Positions 10,222 to 19,991 of a stretch of 64,000 nucleotides of DNA are shown one piece after another. The translations under genes and the position numbers were made by a program. Origin of the DNA: Gemmatimonadaceae bacterium (GTDB taxonomy: Bacteria > Gemmatimonadota > Gemmatimonadetes > Gemmatimonadales > Gemmatimonadaceae); the NCBI GenBank assembly GCA_051859245.1, contig JBHYGA010000001.1, forward strand, positions 1,056,001-1,120,000, written 5' to 3'. The notes under the pieces were generated by a model. The model was not told where the DNA came from and searched no databases. It worked only from the letters and a program-made list of their open reading frames with translations. Numbering within the stretch: the stretch's first letter is position 1; each line of letters starts with the position of its first letter.

Positions 10222-11792
10222 AACCGCACCGCGCTCGCCAGCTCCCACGCGCGTGACATGCCGCTTGTTTGCGGCGACGTCAGAAGCTGCCCGGCCACCA
10301 GCTGCGGATAGATGTCGGCGTAGCTGCGAATTTCCATGGCGCTGACACGCTTCATGATAAACCAGGGCTTAAGCTCGCGGGGCTGCTGCAGTCCGGCGGC
10401 GCCCAACACTTCAAAAAAGCTCTTGACCGTTTCGCGATGATACCGCGCCACACGTTCTGACTTGTCGCCCACGTGCAGGCCGGCTTCGAGTGCGCGATCC
10501 TGCGTTGCGATGCCGGTGGGGCACTGATTGGTATTGCATCGCAGTGCCTGAATGCATCCGAGCGCAAACATCATGGCGCGTGCCGCGTGACAAATGTCGG
10601 CGCCAAGTGCGACCTTGGTGGCCATGGCAAATCCGGTGTTCACCTTGCCCGACGCGATAATGCGGATTCGCTCGCGCAGCTCAGCACCAACCAGCGCATT
10701 GTGCACAAACGAAAGCCCTTCATTCAGTGGCGTACCAACGGAGTCGGAGAACTCCAGCGGAGCGGCGCCGGTGCCACCCTCGCCACCGTCAACCGTAATG
10801 AAGTCCGGAGTGATTCCGGTTTCCATCATCGCTTTGACGATGCCGAGAAACTCATGACGCTTACCAACGCACAGTTTGAATCCAACCGGTTTGCCGCCAC
10901 TTGCCACACGCAACCGTTTGATGAAGTGCAGGAGTTCGGTTGGCGTAGCGAACGCGGTATGCGCCGGTGGAGAGATCACGTCAAATCCCGGTTCGACCCC
11001 GCGAATCTCGACAATCTCTGGCGTAAGCTTTGACGCCGGAAGAATACCGCCGTGACCGGGTTTCGCTCCCTGCGAAAGCTTGATCTCGATCATCTTCACG
11101 TTTGGCAGCGTCGCGCGCTTTGCAAACTCTGTTTCGCTGAACCGTCCTGACTTGTCGCGGCAGCTGAAGTATCCGGTGCCGATCTGCCAGATGATGTCGC
11201 CACCGGGTTGCAGATGATAGGGACTCAGTCCACCTTCGCCCGTATTGTGTGCGAAGTTGCCAAGCCTGGCGCCTGTGTTGAGTGCGAGTACGGCGTTACG
11301 ACTGAGTGAGCCATAACTCATGCCCGACACGTTGAAAACCGACGAGGAATAGGGCTGCGTGCAATCCGGTCCCCCAACCATCACGCGCGCGTGCTGGGGA
11401 TCCGGGTGCACCGGCATCAGCGAATGATTGATCCATTCGTAGCCAGTGGCGTACACATCCTTCTGCGTACCAAAGGGCAGCGTGTCCGTATCGCCCTTCG
11501 CTCGCTGATAGATGACCGAACGATCGTTGCGGCTGAACGGTCGACCATCGTGGTTTGACTCGACGAAATACTGATTGATTTCCGGACGTATCGCTTCAAA
11601 CAGATAGCGTGCGTGCCCAATGAGCGGAAAGTTGCGCTTGATGGCCTGTCTGGTTTGCACCATGTCGGCCACACCGCGCGCGATGAGCGGCAGCAGAATG
11701 ACCAGAGACCACAAAGCCGGCGGCCACACAAGGGACACGCCGGCCACGGACAGCAACAGGACCGCTGAAACGGCCACGAAGAGAGTGCGCAT
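10218..11792 (-). CDS. Stand-alone FMN-binding glutamate synthase family protein, membrane anchored
   Basis: SGMSYGSLS, NTGEGG, EIKLSQGAKPGHGG, DGGEGGTGA, CIQALRCNTNQCPTG (3Fe-4S); start placed at MRTLFV. Confidence 0.88.
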   Translation of the reverse strand: MRTLFVAVSAVLLLSVAGVSLVWPPALWSLVILLPLIARGVADMVQTRQAIKRNFPLIGHARYLFEAIRPEINQYFVESNHDGRPFSRNDRSVIYQRAKGDTDTLPFGTQKDVYATGYEWINHSLMPVHPDPQHARVMVGGPDCTQPYSSSVFNVSGMSYGSLSRNAVLALNTGARLGNFAHNTGEGGLSPYHLQPGGDIIWQIGTGYFSCRDKSGRFSETEFAKRATLPNVKMIEIKLSQGAKPGHGGILPASKLTPEIVEIRGVEPGFDVISPPAHTAFATPTELLHFIKRLRVASGGKPVGFKLCVGKRHEFLGIVKAMMETGITPDFITVDGGEGGTGAAPLEFSDSVGTPLNEGLSFVHNALVGAELRERIRIIASGKVNTGFAMATKVALGADICHAARAMMFALGCIQALRCNTNQCPTGIATQDRALEAGLHVGDKSERVARYHRETVKSFFEVLGAAGLQQPRELKPWFIMKRVSAMEIRSYADIYPQLVAGQLLTSPQTSGMSRAWELASAVRF

Positions 11793-11850
11793 GCGGTGAT
11801 AGTATCGGCCGCCTGCGTGAGGAGTTGAGTCGTCTCGCGCCGAACGGCTG

Positions 11851-13491
11851 CTACGATCCGCCTTTGGGTGCAACTACCCGCTGTACTGCCGCGAGACCTG
11901 CGTCCACGACAATCGCAAGCAGCGCTGCCGGAAGGGCTCCTGAGAGCACAAGCCGGCTATCTGCGAGGGCAAGTCCAGTGACAATCGGCTCACCAAGTCC
12001 GCCCGCACCAATGAACGCGGCCAGTGTTGCTGCACCCACCGTGATCACAGCCGCGGTGCGAATACCGCCGAGCACCGCCGTCGACGCAAGCGGCAGTTGC
12101 ACGCGCCACAATCGCTGCGCCTGCGTCATGCCGAGTGCTTCGCTGGCCGCAACCGCATCGGGGTCGGCGGTGGACACGCCGGTGTAGGTGGCGCGCACAA
12201 TCGGAAGCAAGGCGTACAGCCACAGTGCCACGAGTGCCGGTGTGGTGCCGATCCCGAAGAACGGCAGCATGAACGCCAACAGCGCAATCGACGGGATCGT
12301 CTGAAATACGCCGAGCATCTGCATCACGACGGACGCGATGCGTGGCCGCTGCGTGAGCGTAATGCCGAGTGGCAGTGCGATCAGGACGGCAGCAAGCATG
12401 GCGACCAGAACCAACATGCTATGCTGCAACAAGAGCCGCAGCGTTTCTGCGCGCCGGTTGAAAAAGAACGACCAGAACCCGTCTTGCTGCGATGTTGGTG
12501 TGACCGCCGATGATTCAGCGGTACTCGTTGCGCGCAGCAATCCCAGCTGCTGTAACGCCGCGCGCGCGACGTCGGGAATTGGCACGCGTTCCACTTCGAT
12601 CTGTCGATTCCATTCGCGCACCGACGGCTCCGACAGCCGACCGCTCAACTGCGACAACACACCCACGACCTCAGGACGCGTCTGCGCGATGCGCGGCGAC
12701 ACGATTGCCGCCGCGTCGTACGGTGGAAAGAAGTGACGGTCATCATCAAGCACCACCAGATCGTAGCGCGCCAGCAATCCATCGGTGGTGTAACCATCAA
12801 TCACATCCACGGAGCCGGCGGCGAGCGCTTCATATTTGACGGCTGGCGCAAGCGGTACGGCGGACTTGAGACGAAGACCATACGCGTCTGCCAGCCCGCT
12901 GAATCCATCCGAACGCCCAATGAAGTCACTCGTAAATCCGGCGGAGAGCGCGCGCCCTTCGCGCACAAGGTCGCTGATCGTTCGCAGTCGCAATCGCTCG
13001 GCGGATTCGCGGCGCACGGCAATGGCATATCCGTTGCTGAATCCAAGCGGCGGCAACCACTGCACGCCAAACTGTGCTTTGAACTGCTGCGCCACGTGCG
13101 CATAGAGCACGCGTGGATCTTCCCGCATGCGTGCCGTCGCCGTATCTCGCAGGACGGCAATCAAACCGGTGCCTGTGTATTCTGGATACACGTCAATTGC
13201 GTCCGATCGCAAGGCGCGGAATGCGACTTCTGTTGAGCCGAGTCCTGGCCGGCGCTGCACGACGAGACCATTCGCTTCCAGCAGTTGCGCGAACATTTCC
13301 GCCAGCAGATACGACTCGCCAAACGGTTTGGACGCAACGATCACGGCTTGAAGCGTAGGCGTTGCCGATATCGGAATATCGGCGGTGCGAGGCGACGCTG
13401 GCTGTGCGTGCGCGCCAGTGCAGGCGCAGAGCACGACGAGCAGGGACGTGATCGCGCGGGTCGCAAGAAGGCGGTGTACGCCGCGCGTCAT
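11851..13491 (-). CDS. Fused substrate-binding + permease subunit of an osmoprotectant (QAT) ABC importer; candidate ergothioneine importer
   Basis: N-terminal OpuBC/OsmF-like domain (YPEYTGT, YTTDG, FFPPY) then permease (QTIPSIALL, GAGGLG). Confidence 0.85.
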   Translation of the reverse strand: MTRGVHRLLATRAITSLLVVLCACTGAHAQPASPRTADIPISATPTLQAVIVASKPFGESYLLAEMFAQLLEANGLVVQRRPGLGSTEVAFRALRSDAIDVYPEYTGTGLIAVLRDTATARMREDPRVLYAHVAQQFKAQFGVQWLPPLGFSNGYAIAVRRESAERLRLRTISDLVREGRALSAGFTSDFIGRSDGFSGLADAYGLRLKSAVPLAPAVKYEALAAGSVDVIDGYTTDGLLARYDLVVLDDDRHFFPPYDAAAIVSPRIAQTRPEVVGVLSQLSGRLSEPSVREWNRQIEVERVPIPDVARAALQQLGLLRATSTAESSAVTPTSQQDGFWSFFFNRRAETLRLLLQHSMLVLVAMLAAVLIALPLGITLTQRPRIASVVMQMLGVFQTIPSIALLAFMLPFFGIGTTPALVALWLYALLPIVRATYTGVSTADPDAVAASEALGMTQAQRLWRVQLPLASTAVLGGIRTAAVITVGAATLAAFIGAGGLGEPIVTGLALADSRLVLSGALPAALLAIVVDAGLAAVQRVVAPKGGS

Positions 13492-14243
13492 GTGCTGGTC
13501 GCGAGGAATGCGATCGAGCTGATCGCCTGTTTAATCAGAGACGCCACGTACGGCGTTGAGGGCGACGATCGCAGTTCCTCAAACGAGCCGATCTGTTCGA
13601 TTCGGCCCGCGCGCATGACGGCAATGGAATCGGCCAGGCGAGCCGCTTCCGACAAGTCATGCGTGACAAGAATCGCAGTGAATGCAAGTTCTCGACGAAC
13701 GCGCAAGAAAACGTCATGCAACGCACTCCGCGAGATCGCGTCGAGCGCGCCGAACGGCTCGTCCAGCAACACGATTTGCTGCTGCGCCGCGAGCGCTCTG
13801 GCGATTGCCACGCGCTGACGCTGCCCACCGGAGAGCTGCCGTGGGTAGCGCGCGCCGAACTCGTGGGCGGGCAGCCCGACCAGCTCGAGTGCTTTTGCCG
13901 CCAGCTCCAGCGGCGATGGTTGGCGCAGCAGTTCGGGTACGAGCGCGACGTTTCGCTGCACCGTCCAGTGCGGAAGCAGGCCGCCGGATTGTGGTACGTA
14001 TCCAATGCGTCGACGCAGCGTCACCGGATCAAGCGTACGCACATCGTCGCCGTGCACGTGCACCCGACCGCTATCGGGCTCAACCAGCCTGTTGAAGGTC
14101 CGAAGCAGCGTGGTTTTTCCCGAACCACTCTCCCCAACAAGAGCAAGAGCGTCGCCAGCGCGAACGTCAACACTCACGCCGTTTAGCGCTTGAACGGTAC
14201 CGAACGAGTGCGAAATATCACGTGCGTGCAGGGCAGCGGTCAC
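13488..14243 (-). CDS. ABC transporter ATP-binding subunit
   Basis: GESGSGKT, LSGGQRQRV, LLDEPF; stop overlaps the permease start. Confidence 0.92.
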   Translation of the reverse strand: MTAALHARDISHSFGTVQALNGVSVDVRAGDALALVGESGSGKTTLLRTFNRLVEPDSGRVHVHGDDVRTLDPVTLRRRIGYVPQSGGLLPHWTVQRNVALVPELLRQPSPLELAAKALELVGLPAHEFGARYPRQLSGGQRQRVAIARALAAQQQIVLLDEPFGALDAISRSALHDVFLRVRRELAFTAILVTHDLSEAARLADSIAVMRAGRIEQIGSFEELRSSPSTPYVASLIKQAISSIAFLATST

Positions 14244-14247
14244 TTCT

Positions 14248-14351
14248 GGCAGGCTTCGGGGACGAAAGCGACAGGGTGGGGAACCTACTTGGCATCCATA
14301 TGATACATCAACATAAGGTTATACCCTACGCGTTTTCGTCCCTCTACTGCC
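14248..14351. promoter_or_regulatory. Long imperfect palindrome filling the divergent ABC/egtB intergenic region
   Basis: Mirrored blocks GGCAG/CTGCC, GGGACGAAA/TTTCGTCCC, AGGGT/ACCCT, AACCT/AGGTT around central CATATG (14297-14302). Confidence 0.6.
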
Positions 14352-14355
14352 CGCC

Positions 14356-15618
14356 ATGACCGTTGCCCGTCTCGACGCCACAGCTCTCTCACTCGCGGAA
14401 CGATATCGAAGCGTCCGAGAGGCAACGGTGGCGCTCTGTGTTCCGCTGGAAACCGAGGACTTTGTTGTTTCCAGCATGGACGACGTGAGCCCGACCAAGT
14501 GGCACCTCGCGCACACGAGTTGGTTTTTTGAGACCTTTGTGCTCGCGCCATTCATGGCATCGTACGTGGCGCGCCATCCGCGTTACGCGTTTCTCTTCAA
14601 CTCATACTATGTGCAGGCGGGCGAGCGACATTGCCGAGCCCAGCGTGGATTGGTCACACGCCCGACGGTGAGTGAGGTGTTCGAATATCGTCGCTACGTG
14701 GATGAGGCCGTCTTGTCGTTGTGCGATTCCATCGGAGACGATACGAATCACCCCGCATGGCACGTGCTGGAGCTGGGGCTCCATCATGAACAGCAACATC
14801 AGGAGCTGTTGCTCACTGATATCAAGCACGTGTTCTGGACGAATCCGATGCGCCCGGTGTATCACGACGCGCCGCTTCCGGTCCCGCCGTCCGTTGTTCA
14901 GGATTGGCAGGCGATCAGCGAAGGTGTGTACGACATCGGTCACGACGGCGCACAGTTTGCGTTCGACAATGAAGGACCGCGTCATCGCACATACGTGCAG
15001 TCAGCAAAGCTGGCCACGCGCTTGATCACCAACGCAGAGTACGCGCAGTTCATTGCCGACGGCGGGTATCGACAGCCGGCGCTCTGGCTCAGCGCGGGGT
15101 GGAGCACGGTGCAGTTGGAGAAGTGGGTCGCTCCGTTATACTGGGAGTTGCGCGATGGCAGTTGGCACGAGTTTACGCTGCGTGGTGACGGTCCAATCAA
15201 TGCCACGGCACCAGTCACGCACCTGAGCTATTTCGAAGCCGACGCGTTCGCTCGATGGGCCGGTGCGCGTTTGCCAACGGAAGCCGAATGGGAGCTGATC
15301 GCACGAACGCATGCGGTCAGCGGACGATTCGTGGAAGAGCGCATGTGGCATCCGGGGGCAGCTGTCGGCAGTGGCATGCAGCAGCTATTCGGCGACGTGT
15401 GGCAGTGGACGCAAAGTCCGTACGTCGCATATCCCGGATTTCGGCCGTCTGCAGGAGCGATCGGCGAATACAACGGGAAGTTCATGTGCGACCAGTGGGT
15501 ATTGCGCGGTGCTTCGTGCGCAACGCCTCGCTCGCACGCGCGGGCGACATATCGCAACTTTTTCCCCAGTGACGCACGCTGGCAGTTCTCGGGTATTCGA
15601 CTGGCGGCGGACGCATGA
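14356..15618 (+). CDS. egtB: Ergothioneine biosynthesis sulfoxide synthase
   Basis: SPTKWHLAHT, FNSYY, HHEQQHQELL iron ligands, FGE-sulfatase domain (RLPTEAEWE, EYNGKFM, RATYRNFF); followed by egtD. Confidence 0.9.
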   Translation: MTVARLDATALSLAERYRSVREATVALCVPLETEDFVVSSMDDVSPTKWHLAHTSWFFETFVLAPFMASYVARHPRYAFLFNSYYVQAGERHCRAQRGLVTRPTVSEVFEYRRYVDEAVLSLCDSIGDDTNHPAWHVLELGLHHEQQHQELLLTDIKHVFWTNPMRPVYHDAPLPVPPSVVQDWQAISEGVYDIGHDGAQFAFDNEGPRHRTYVQSAKLATRLITNAEYAQFIADGGYRQPALWLSAGWSTVQLEKWVAPLYWELRDGSWHEFTLRGDGPINATAPVTHLSYFEADAFARWAGARLPTEAEWELIARTHAVSGRFVEERMWHPGAAVGSGMQQLFGDVWQWTQSPYVAYPGFRPSAGAIGEYNGKFMCDQWVLRGASCATPRSHARATYRNFFPSDARWQFSGIRLAADA

Positions 15619-16592
15619 CGCGAGCTGCGACGAACAATCTGTCGCTTCGGCACACCACGCCACGATCCGCATTCTCTCCGTCGCTCACGGCGACGGTCAT
15701 TCGTGGGCTCACGGACAGCGTCAAGACGCTGCCAGCGGTGCTGTTCTACGATGCGAAGGGAGCTCGCCTGTTTGAGGAAATCTGCGAGCAGCCGGAGTAC
15801 TATCCCACGCGCACCGAAATCGAGATTCTCACACGTCATGCGCCTAATCTCGCGCAGCACGCGGGGGCTCACGCCGCGCTGATTGAATATGGGAGTGGCG
15901 CAGGTGTGAAGGTGCGTTATCTGCTCGACGCGTTGCGGGATCCGGCAGCGTACATCCCGGTCGACGTGTCGCAGGAACAGCTGGTGCACGTGGCACGGGA
16001 ACGGGGACGACAGTACCCGGGATTACGCATTGCGCCTGTATGTGCAGACTACACCTTGCCGTTCGATCTGCCTGCGCTGCCCGTCGAGACACGACGCGTT
16101 GCGTTCTTCCCAGGCTCGACGATCGGCAATTTTCACCCCACGGAAGCGGCGGCCTTTCTGCACCGCATTCGCCATACCGTTGGCCCCAAGGGTGGCTTGA
16201 TCCTCGGCGTTGATCGGCGGAAAGACTTCCGTGTACTGCACGAGGCGTACAACGATCGTGCAGGCGTGACCGCGGCGTTCAACCTGAACATGTTGGCGCA
16301 TCTCAATCAGGCAATGAACGCCAACTTCGATCTGACCCAGTTCCGGCACGTGGCGTTCTTCAACAACGAAGCCAGCCGCATCGAGATGCATCTGGAATCG
16401 CTGGTCGAGCAGGAGGTGGTGGTGAACGACACGCTCGTGTACTTCGACGCTGGCGAAACGGTGCAGACGGAGTGCTCCTACAAATACGACGAGCAGACGC
16501 TGCGCGCATTGGTGGAGAGCAGCGGGTTCACCATTGACACGCTGTATTCGGATGACAACGACTGGTTCTACGTGGCGTGGCTCCGGCCATAA
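15615..16592 (+). CDS. egtD: L-histidine N-alpha-trimethyltransferase
   Basis: LFEEIC..PEYYPTRTE, IEYGSG, FPGSTIGNF, AYNDRAGVTAAFN, RIEMHL, TECSYKY. Confidence 0.92.
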   Translation: MTRAATNNLSLRHTTPRSAFSPSLTATVIRGLTDSVKTLPAVLFYDAKGARLFEEICEQPEYYPTRTEIEILTRHAPNLAQHAGAHAALIEYGSGAGVKVRYLLDALRDPAAYIPVDVSQEQLVHVARERGRQYPGLRIAPVCADYTLPFDLPALPVETRRVAFFPGSTIGNFHPTEAAAFLHRIRHTVGPKGGLILGVDRRKDFRVLHEAYNDRAGVTAAFNLNMLAHLNQAMNANFDLTQFRHVAFFNNEASRIEMHLESLVEQEVVVNDTLVYFDAGETVQTECSYKYDEQTLRALVESSGFTIDTLYSDDNDWFYVAWLRP

Positions 16593-16612
16593 ACTTTTCA
16601 CTTGATATTGAC

Positions 16613-16894
16613 ATGAAAGCATTGTGGAATGGCGTCGTCATCGCTGAGAGTGATGACACGGTTATTGTCGAGGGCAACCACTATTTCCCGGCCGACTCTC
16701 TCCGCCGCGAGTACATCGTGGAGAGCGCGCATCAGACAACGTGCCCGTGGAAGGGCACCGCATCGTACTACAGTCTGAATGTGAACGGCGCGGAAAACCG
16801 AGACGCGGTGTGGTACTACGCCACGCCGAAAGCCGGTGCCGAACAGGTGGCGAAGCGGGTGGCGTTCTGGAAAGGTGTACAGGTCGCCGCGTGA
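16613..16894 (+). CDS. DUF427 domain protein
   Basis: KALWNGVVIAESD, VEGNHYFP, CPWKGTASYY. Confidence 0.88.
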   Translation: MKALWNGVVIAESDDTVIVEGNHYFPADSLRREYIVESAHQTTCPWKGTASYYSLNVNGAENRDAVWYYATPKAGAEQVAKRVAFWKGVQVAA

Positions 16895-18336
16895 TCCAAT
16901 CCCGTGCTGAGGGGTCGCCAACGCCGTTGATCGTTGACGCGGTGATTATCGGCACGGGTCAGGCGGCCGTGCCTCTGGCGGTCGCACTTGCCACGCAGGG
17001 TGAAACTGTGGCGCTGTTCGAAGGCGGTCAGCTCGGCGGCAGTTGCGTGAACGTCGGTTGCACACCAACAAAGACCTTACGCAAGAGCGCCCGCGTTGCG
17101 CACATGGCACGACGCGCGCATGAGTTTGGTGTGAACGTGGGTGAGGTTCGGGTTGACTTCGCCGCCGCGATGGAGCGTGCGGCCGCAGTTGTCGACGCAT
17201 CGCGAAACGGACTCACACGTTGGCTCGGTGACGCCGCCGGTGTGACCCTGGTTCGTGAGTGGGGCAGGCTTGATGGCAAGGCGAGCGACCGATTTGTGGT
17301 GCGTGGAAGCGCGACCGTCGTGCACGCATCACGCGTGTACGTGAACAGCGGCACGCGTCCTTTTCTTCCTCCCATTCCTGGCTTGTCGGATGTACCCGTG
17401 CTCACGAATGAGAGCATCATGCAGTTGCGTGCACTCCCGCGTCATCTGATGATTCTTGGTGGCAGTTACATTGGGCTGGAGTTCGGTCAGATCTTTCGGC
17501 GTCTCGGTAGTCAGGTCTCCATCATCGAAGCTGCTGAGACGGTGGCCAATCGGGAAGACGACGATATCGTCTCCCGCATTACGGCGCTCATGGAAGCCGA
17601 GGGCGTATCGTTGTACACGCAGGCGTCCGTGGTGGCCGTGGAACGCAGCACCGCAGCCGCCCCAAGCGAGACCTTGACGGTCACTATTCAGCATCGCGGT
17701 ACGAATGTACGCGAGGAGTTGTTTGCGTCACACGTGCTCGTCGCGACGGGTCGCGTTCCCAATACCGATCAACTCGGTCTGGAGACGGTTGGCGTCGCGC
17801 TCGATGACCGCGGATTCATTCCCGTGAACGGCGCGCTGGAAACGACAGTGCCCGGCATCTTCGCTCTGGGAGATGTGAACCGACGTGGTGCGTTTACGCA
17901 CACCAGCTACCAGGACTATGAGATCGTGCTCGCGAATCATCGCGGCACAGCGCGATCAGCTGATGGCCGCATCAGCACCTACGCTATGTATACCGACCCT
18001 CCGCTCGGACGCGTAGGACTTTCCGAGCGGGAAGCGCGCACGCTCGCCACACAGGGTCGGCGCTTCCTCACGGCATCGCACGAGATGCGGTTTGTGAGCC
18101 GTGCCAAGGAAGAAGGTGAAACCGTGGGTGTGATCAAGATGCTCGTTGACGCCGAAACGCGCCGGTTTGTTGGTGCGTCATTGCTCGGTATCGGTGCGGA
18201 CGAGATTGTGCAAATCATTGGCGCCATGATTGCGGCCGACGCTCCGTACGAAGTTTTGCGCGACGCGTTGCCGGTACACCCAACCGTCACCGAGTTTTTC
18301 CCTACGATCCTAGGGAAGCTCGCTCCACTCGAATAG
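16891..18336 (+). CDS. Class I pyridine nucleotide-disulfide oxidoreductase (MerA/RclA-like, no C-terminal Cys pair)
   Basis: IIGTGQA, GGSCVNVGCTPTK redox disulfide, LGGSYIGLE, C-terminal HPTVTE; GTG start overlaps the DUF427 stop. Confidence 0.85.
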   Translation: MIQSRAEGSPTPLIVDAVIIGTGQAAVPLAVALATQGETVALFEGGQLGGSCVNVGCTPTKTLRKSARVAHMARRAHEFGVNVGEVRVDFAAAMERAAAVVDASRNGLTRWLGDAAGVTLVREWGRLDGKASDRFVVRGSATVVHASRVYVNSGTRPFLPPIPGLSDVPVLTNESIMQLRALPRHLMILGGSYIGLEFGQIFRRLGSQVSIIEAAETVANREDDDIVSRITALMEAEGVSLYTQASVVAVERSTAAAPSETLTVTIQHRGTNVREELFASHVLVATGRVPNTDQLGLETVGVALDDRGFIPVNGALETTVPGIFALGDVNRRGAFTHTSYQDYEIVLANHRGTARSADGRISTYAMYTDPPLGRVGLSEREARTLATQGRRFLTASHEMRFVSRAKEEGETVGVIKMLVDAETRRFVGASLLGIGADEIVQIIGAMIAADAPYEVLRDALPVHPTVTEFFPTILGKLAPLE

Positions 18337-18380
18337 CAATCGCTTATGGCGCGACGCGATCATTGGCCCAACGCGAGCGT

Positions 18381-19217
18381 CTAGCGTGATCCATCCGGCG
18401 GCGTCTCCCGCCGGTACTCTACACCGAGCACACGTACGAGCTGCACCACGTCTGCAGCAGGCCAGCGCTCACCGTTGCTCGGTCGATTGTACCACCACGC
18501 CGCGGCCGTTGAATCCGGCATGACAATCAACGGCGATACTTCACGAAACGACGAGAATCCCTCAAGCCGCGCCGGTCCCTCGCGCGTACTCGCCACCAGC
18601 GAGAACTCAACGCGCTGCAGCACGCTCGTTGTCGAATCAAGCGTGACGGTGCCGCTCCAATCGGGCCAGCGTACGGCGTCGCTTGGTGCGAAGCCAAGGC
18701 GCACCTGCGCGCGACCGCTCGCGAAGGACGACGAGACACCGGTGACACAGTGATACGACCAGAATTCGGGATCGCCGAGTGTCTCAACGAAGAGGATCTG
18801 CGCGGAGAATCCGCCGCATGTGCCGGTGCGAACCACGTCGTACGGCTTGTATCGGTCGCCCCATCGCTCTGAGTTCGTGCGTTCCTCGTGGCGTGTCTCT
18901 CTCGGCGGTCGCGTGGGTCCATCGTGCTTCGAGGTGCGGGGCTCGGTCTGCACACGAAATGGGTACGCCCGCCGGAACGAGCCGTAGCGCTCAGCGCCTT
19001 CGCGAAGTTGCAGCAGTGCCCAGTAGGCAAGAGGCGCTTGCTCCGGAGCGATTGCGGGGCAGCCTCGCGCTTCGGTAATCGCCACCGTGGGAAGGTCCAG
19101 GGCGACGACTTTGATTGCCGTCCGTACGATCACAACGAGGGATTGCGACTGCGCGGCGAGTTGTGGTGCGCCTGCGAATAAGAACAGAGCGGACAGGGCC
19201 AGACATTTCACCACCAT
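18381..19217 (-). CDS. Exported hypothetical protein
   Basis: Signal-peptide-like N-terminus; start overlaps the stop of the upstream YdeI-like gene. Confidence 0.55.
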   Translation of the reverse strand: MVVKCLALSALFLFAGAPQLAAQSQSLVVIVRTAIKVVALDLPTVAITEARGCPAIAPEQAPLAYWALLQLREGAERYGSFRRAYPFRVQTEPRTSKHDGPTRPPRETRHEERTNSERWGDRYKPYDVVRTGTCGGFSAQILFVETLGDPEFWSYHCVTGVSSSFASGRAQVRLGFAPSDAVRWPDWSGTVTLDSTTSVLQRVEFSLVASTREGPARLEGFSSFREVSPLIVMPDSTAAAWWYNRPSNGERWPAADVVQLVRVLGVEYRRETPPDGSR

Positions 19218-19849
19218 TAACCACCTTTCGACGTCACCGGATGGATGGTCTCCCCACGCGCGAGCATTGCGACCAACTCGGCAATTTTCAGCGCGCGGCG
19301 TGCAGGTGTGGTCGCGGTCTCCACGCGAAACAGAATCGCATAGCGGTTGTCGCGCTTCAGCTGCTCAAACGCCGCGAGGGCCACCGGGTTCGCATTGAGT
19401 GCCTGCTGCAAGTCGTCTGGAACCGAACTCTTACTCGACGACGAATATGCGCGGTCCCACCGACCGTCGGACTTGGCGGCCTCAACCGCTGCCAATCCCG
19501 CGGGTTGCATTACACCGCTCGCGATCAAACGCTCCACATGTCCAACGTTCACTTTGGACCAGATGCTGCGCGGCCCGCGTGGCGTGAACTTGATCAGGTA
19601 TGACGCGTCATCGTATCGCTTGAGCTGGCCATCGATCCAGCCGTAGCAGAGCGCGATATCCAGCGCTTCGGCGTACTTCATAGTCGTGTATGCCGCCGCT
19701 TTCTTGGCAAAGCGTAGCCAAACTCCGCGCGCCGTCGTGTGCTGTGCATGCAGCCACACCTGCCACTCCTCAGGCGACGCAAACATCAGCGTTGGATACT
19801 CGGCGCGCGAGGAGCTTTGCGAGGCAGACGCGGTGGATTTTTTCATCAT
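19217..19849 (-). CDS. YdeI/OmpD-associated family protein
   Basis: ALCYGWIDG, FTPRGPRSIWSKVN, VPDDLQQAL. Confidence 0.88.
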   Translation of the reverse strand: MMKKSTASASQSSSRAEYPTLMFASPEEWQVWLHAQHTTARGVWLRFAKKAAAYTTMKYAEALDIALCYGWIDGQLKRYDDASYLIKFTPRGPRSIWSKVNVGHVERLIASGVMQPAGLAAVEAAKSDGRWDRAYSSSSKSSVPDDLQQALNANPVALAAFEQLKRDNRYAILFRVETATTPARRALKIAELVAMLARGETIHPVTSKGG

Positions 19850-19991
19850 GTCTCTGGAGTCAAGTCAACTGAACGCGATTGCGTCAGTGTTTCCCTGACA
19901 CTTCTAGAGGGAGACGCTGGTGTCGTTGTGTGGATCGTCCCGTCATACTGACCGGAGGACATGCCATCGTCAAGAACGGGAGGATCTGCAG

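Noticed and set aside
14356..15618. Selenoneine synthase SenA or ovothiol synthase OvoA
   Set aside because: No SenB or SelD-like neighbours, no fused C-terminal methyltransferase, and egtD is adjacent
16891..18336. Mercuric reductase MerA
   Set aside because: No C-terminal Cys-Cys pair, no N-terminal HMA domain and no mer genes nearby
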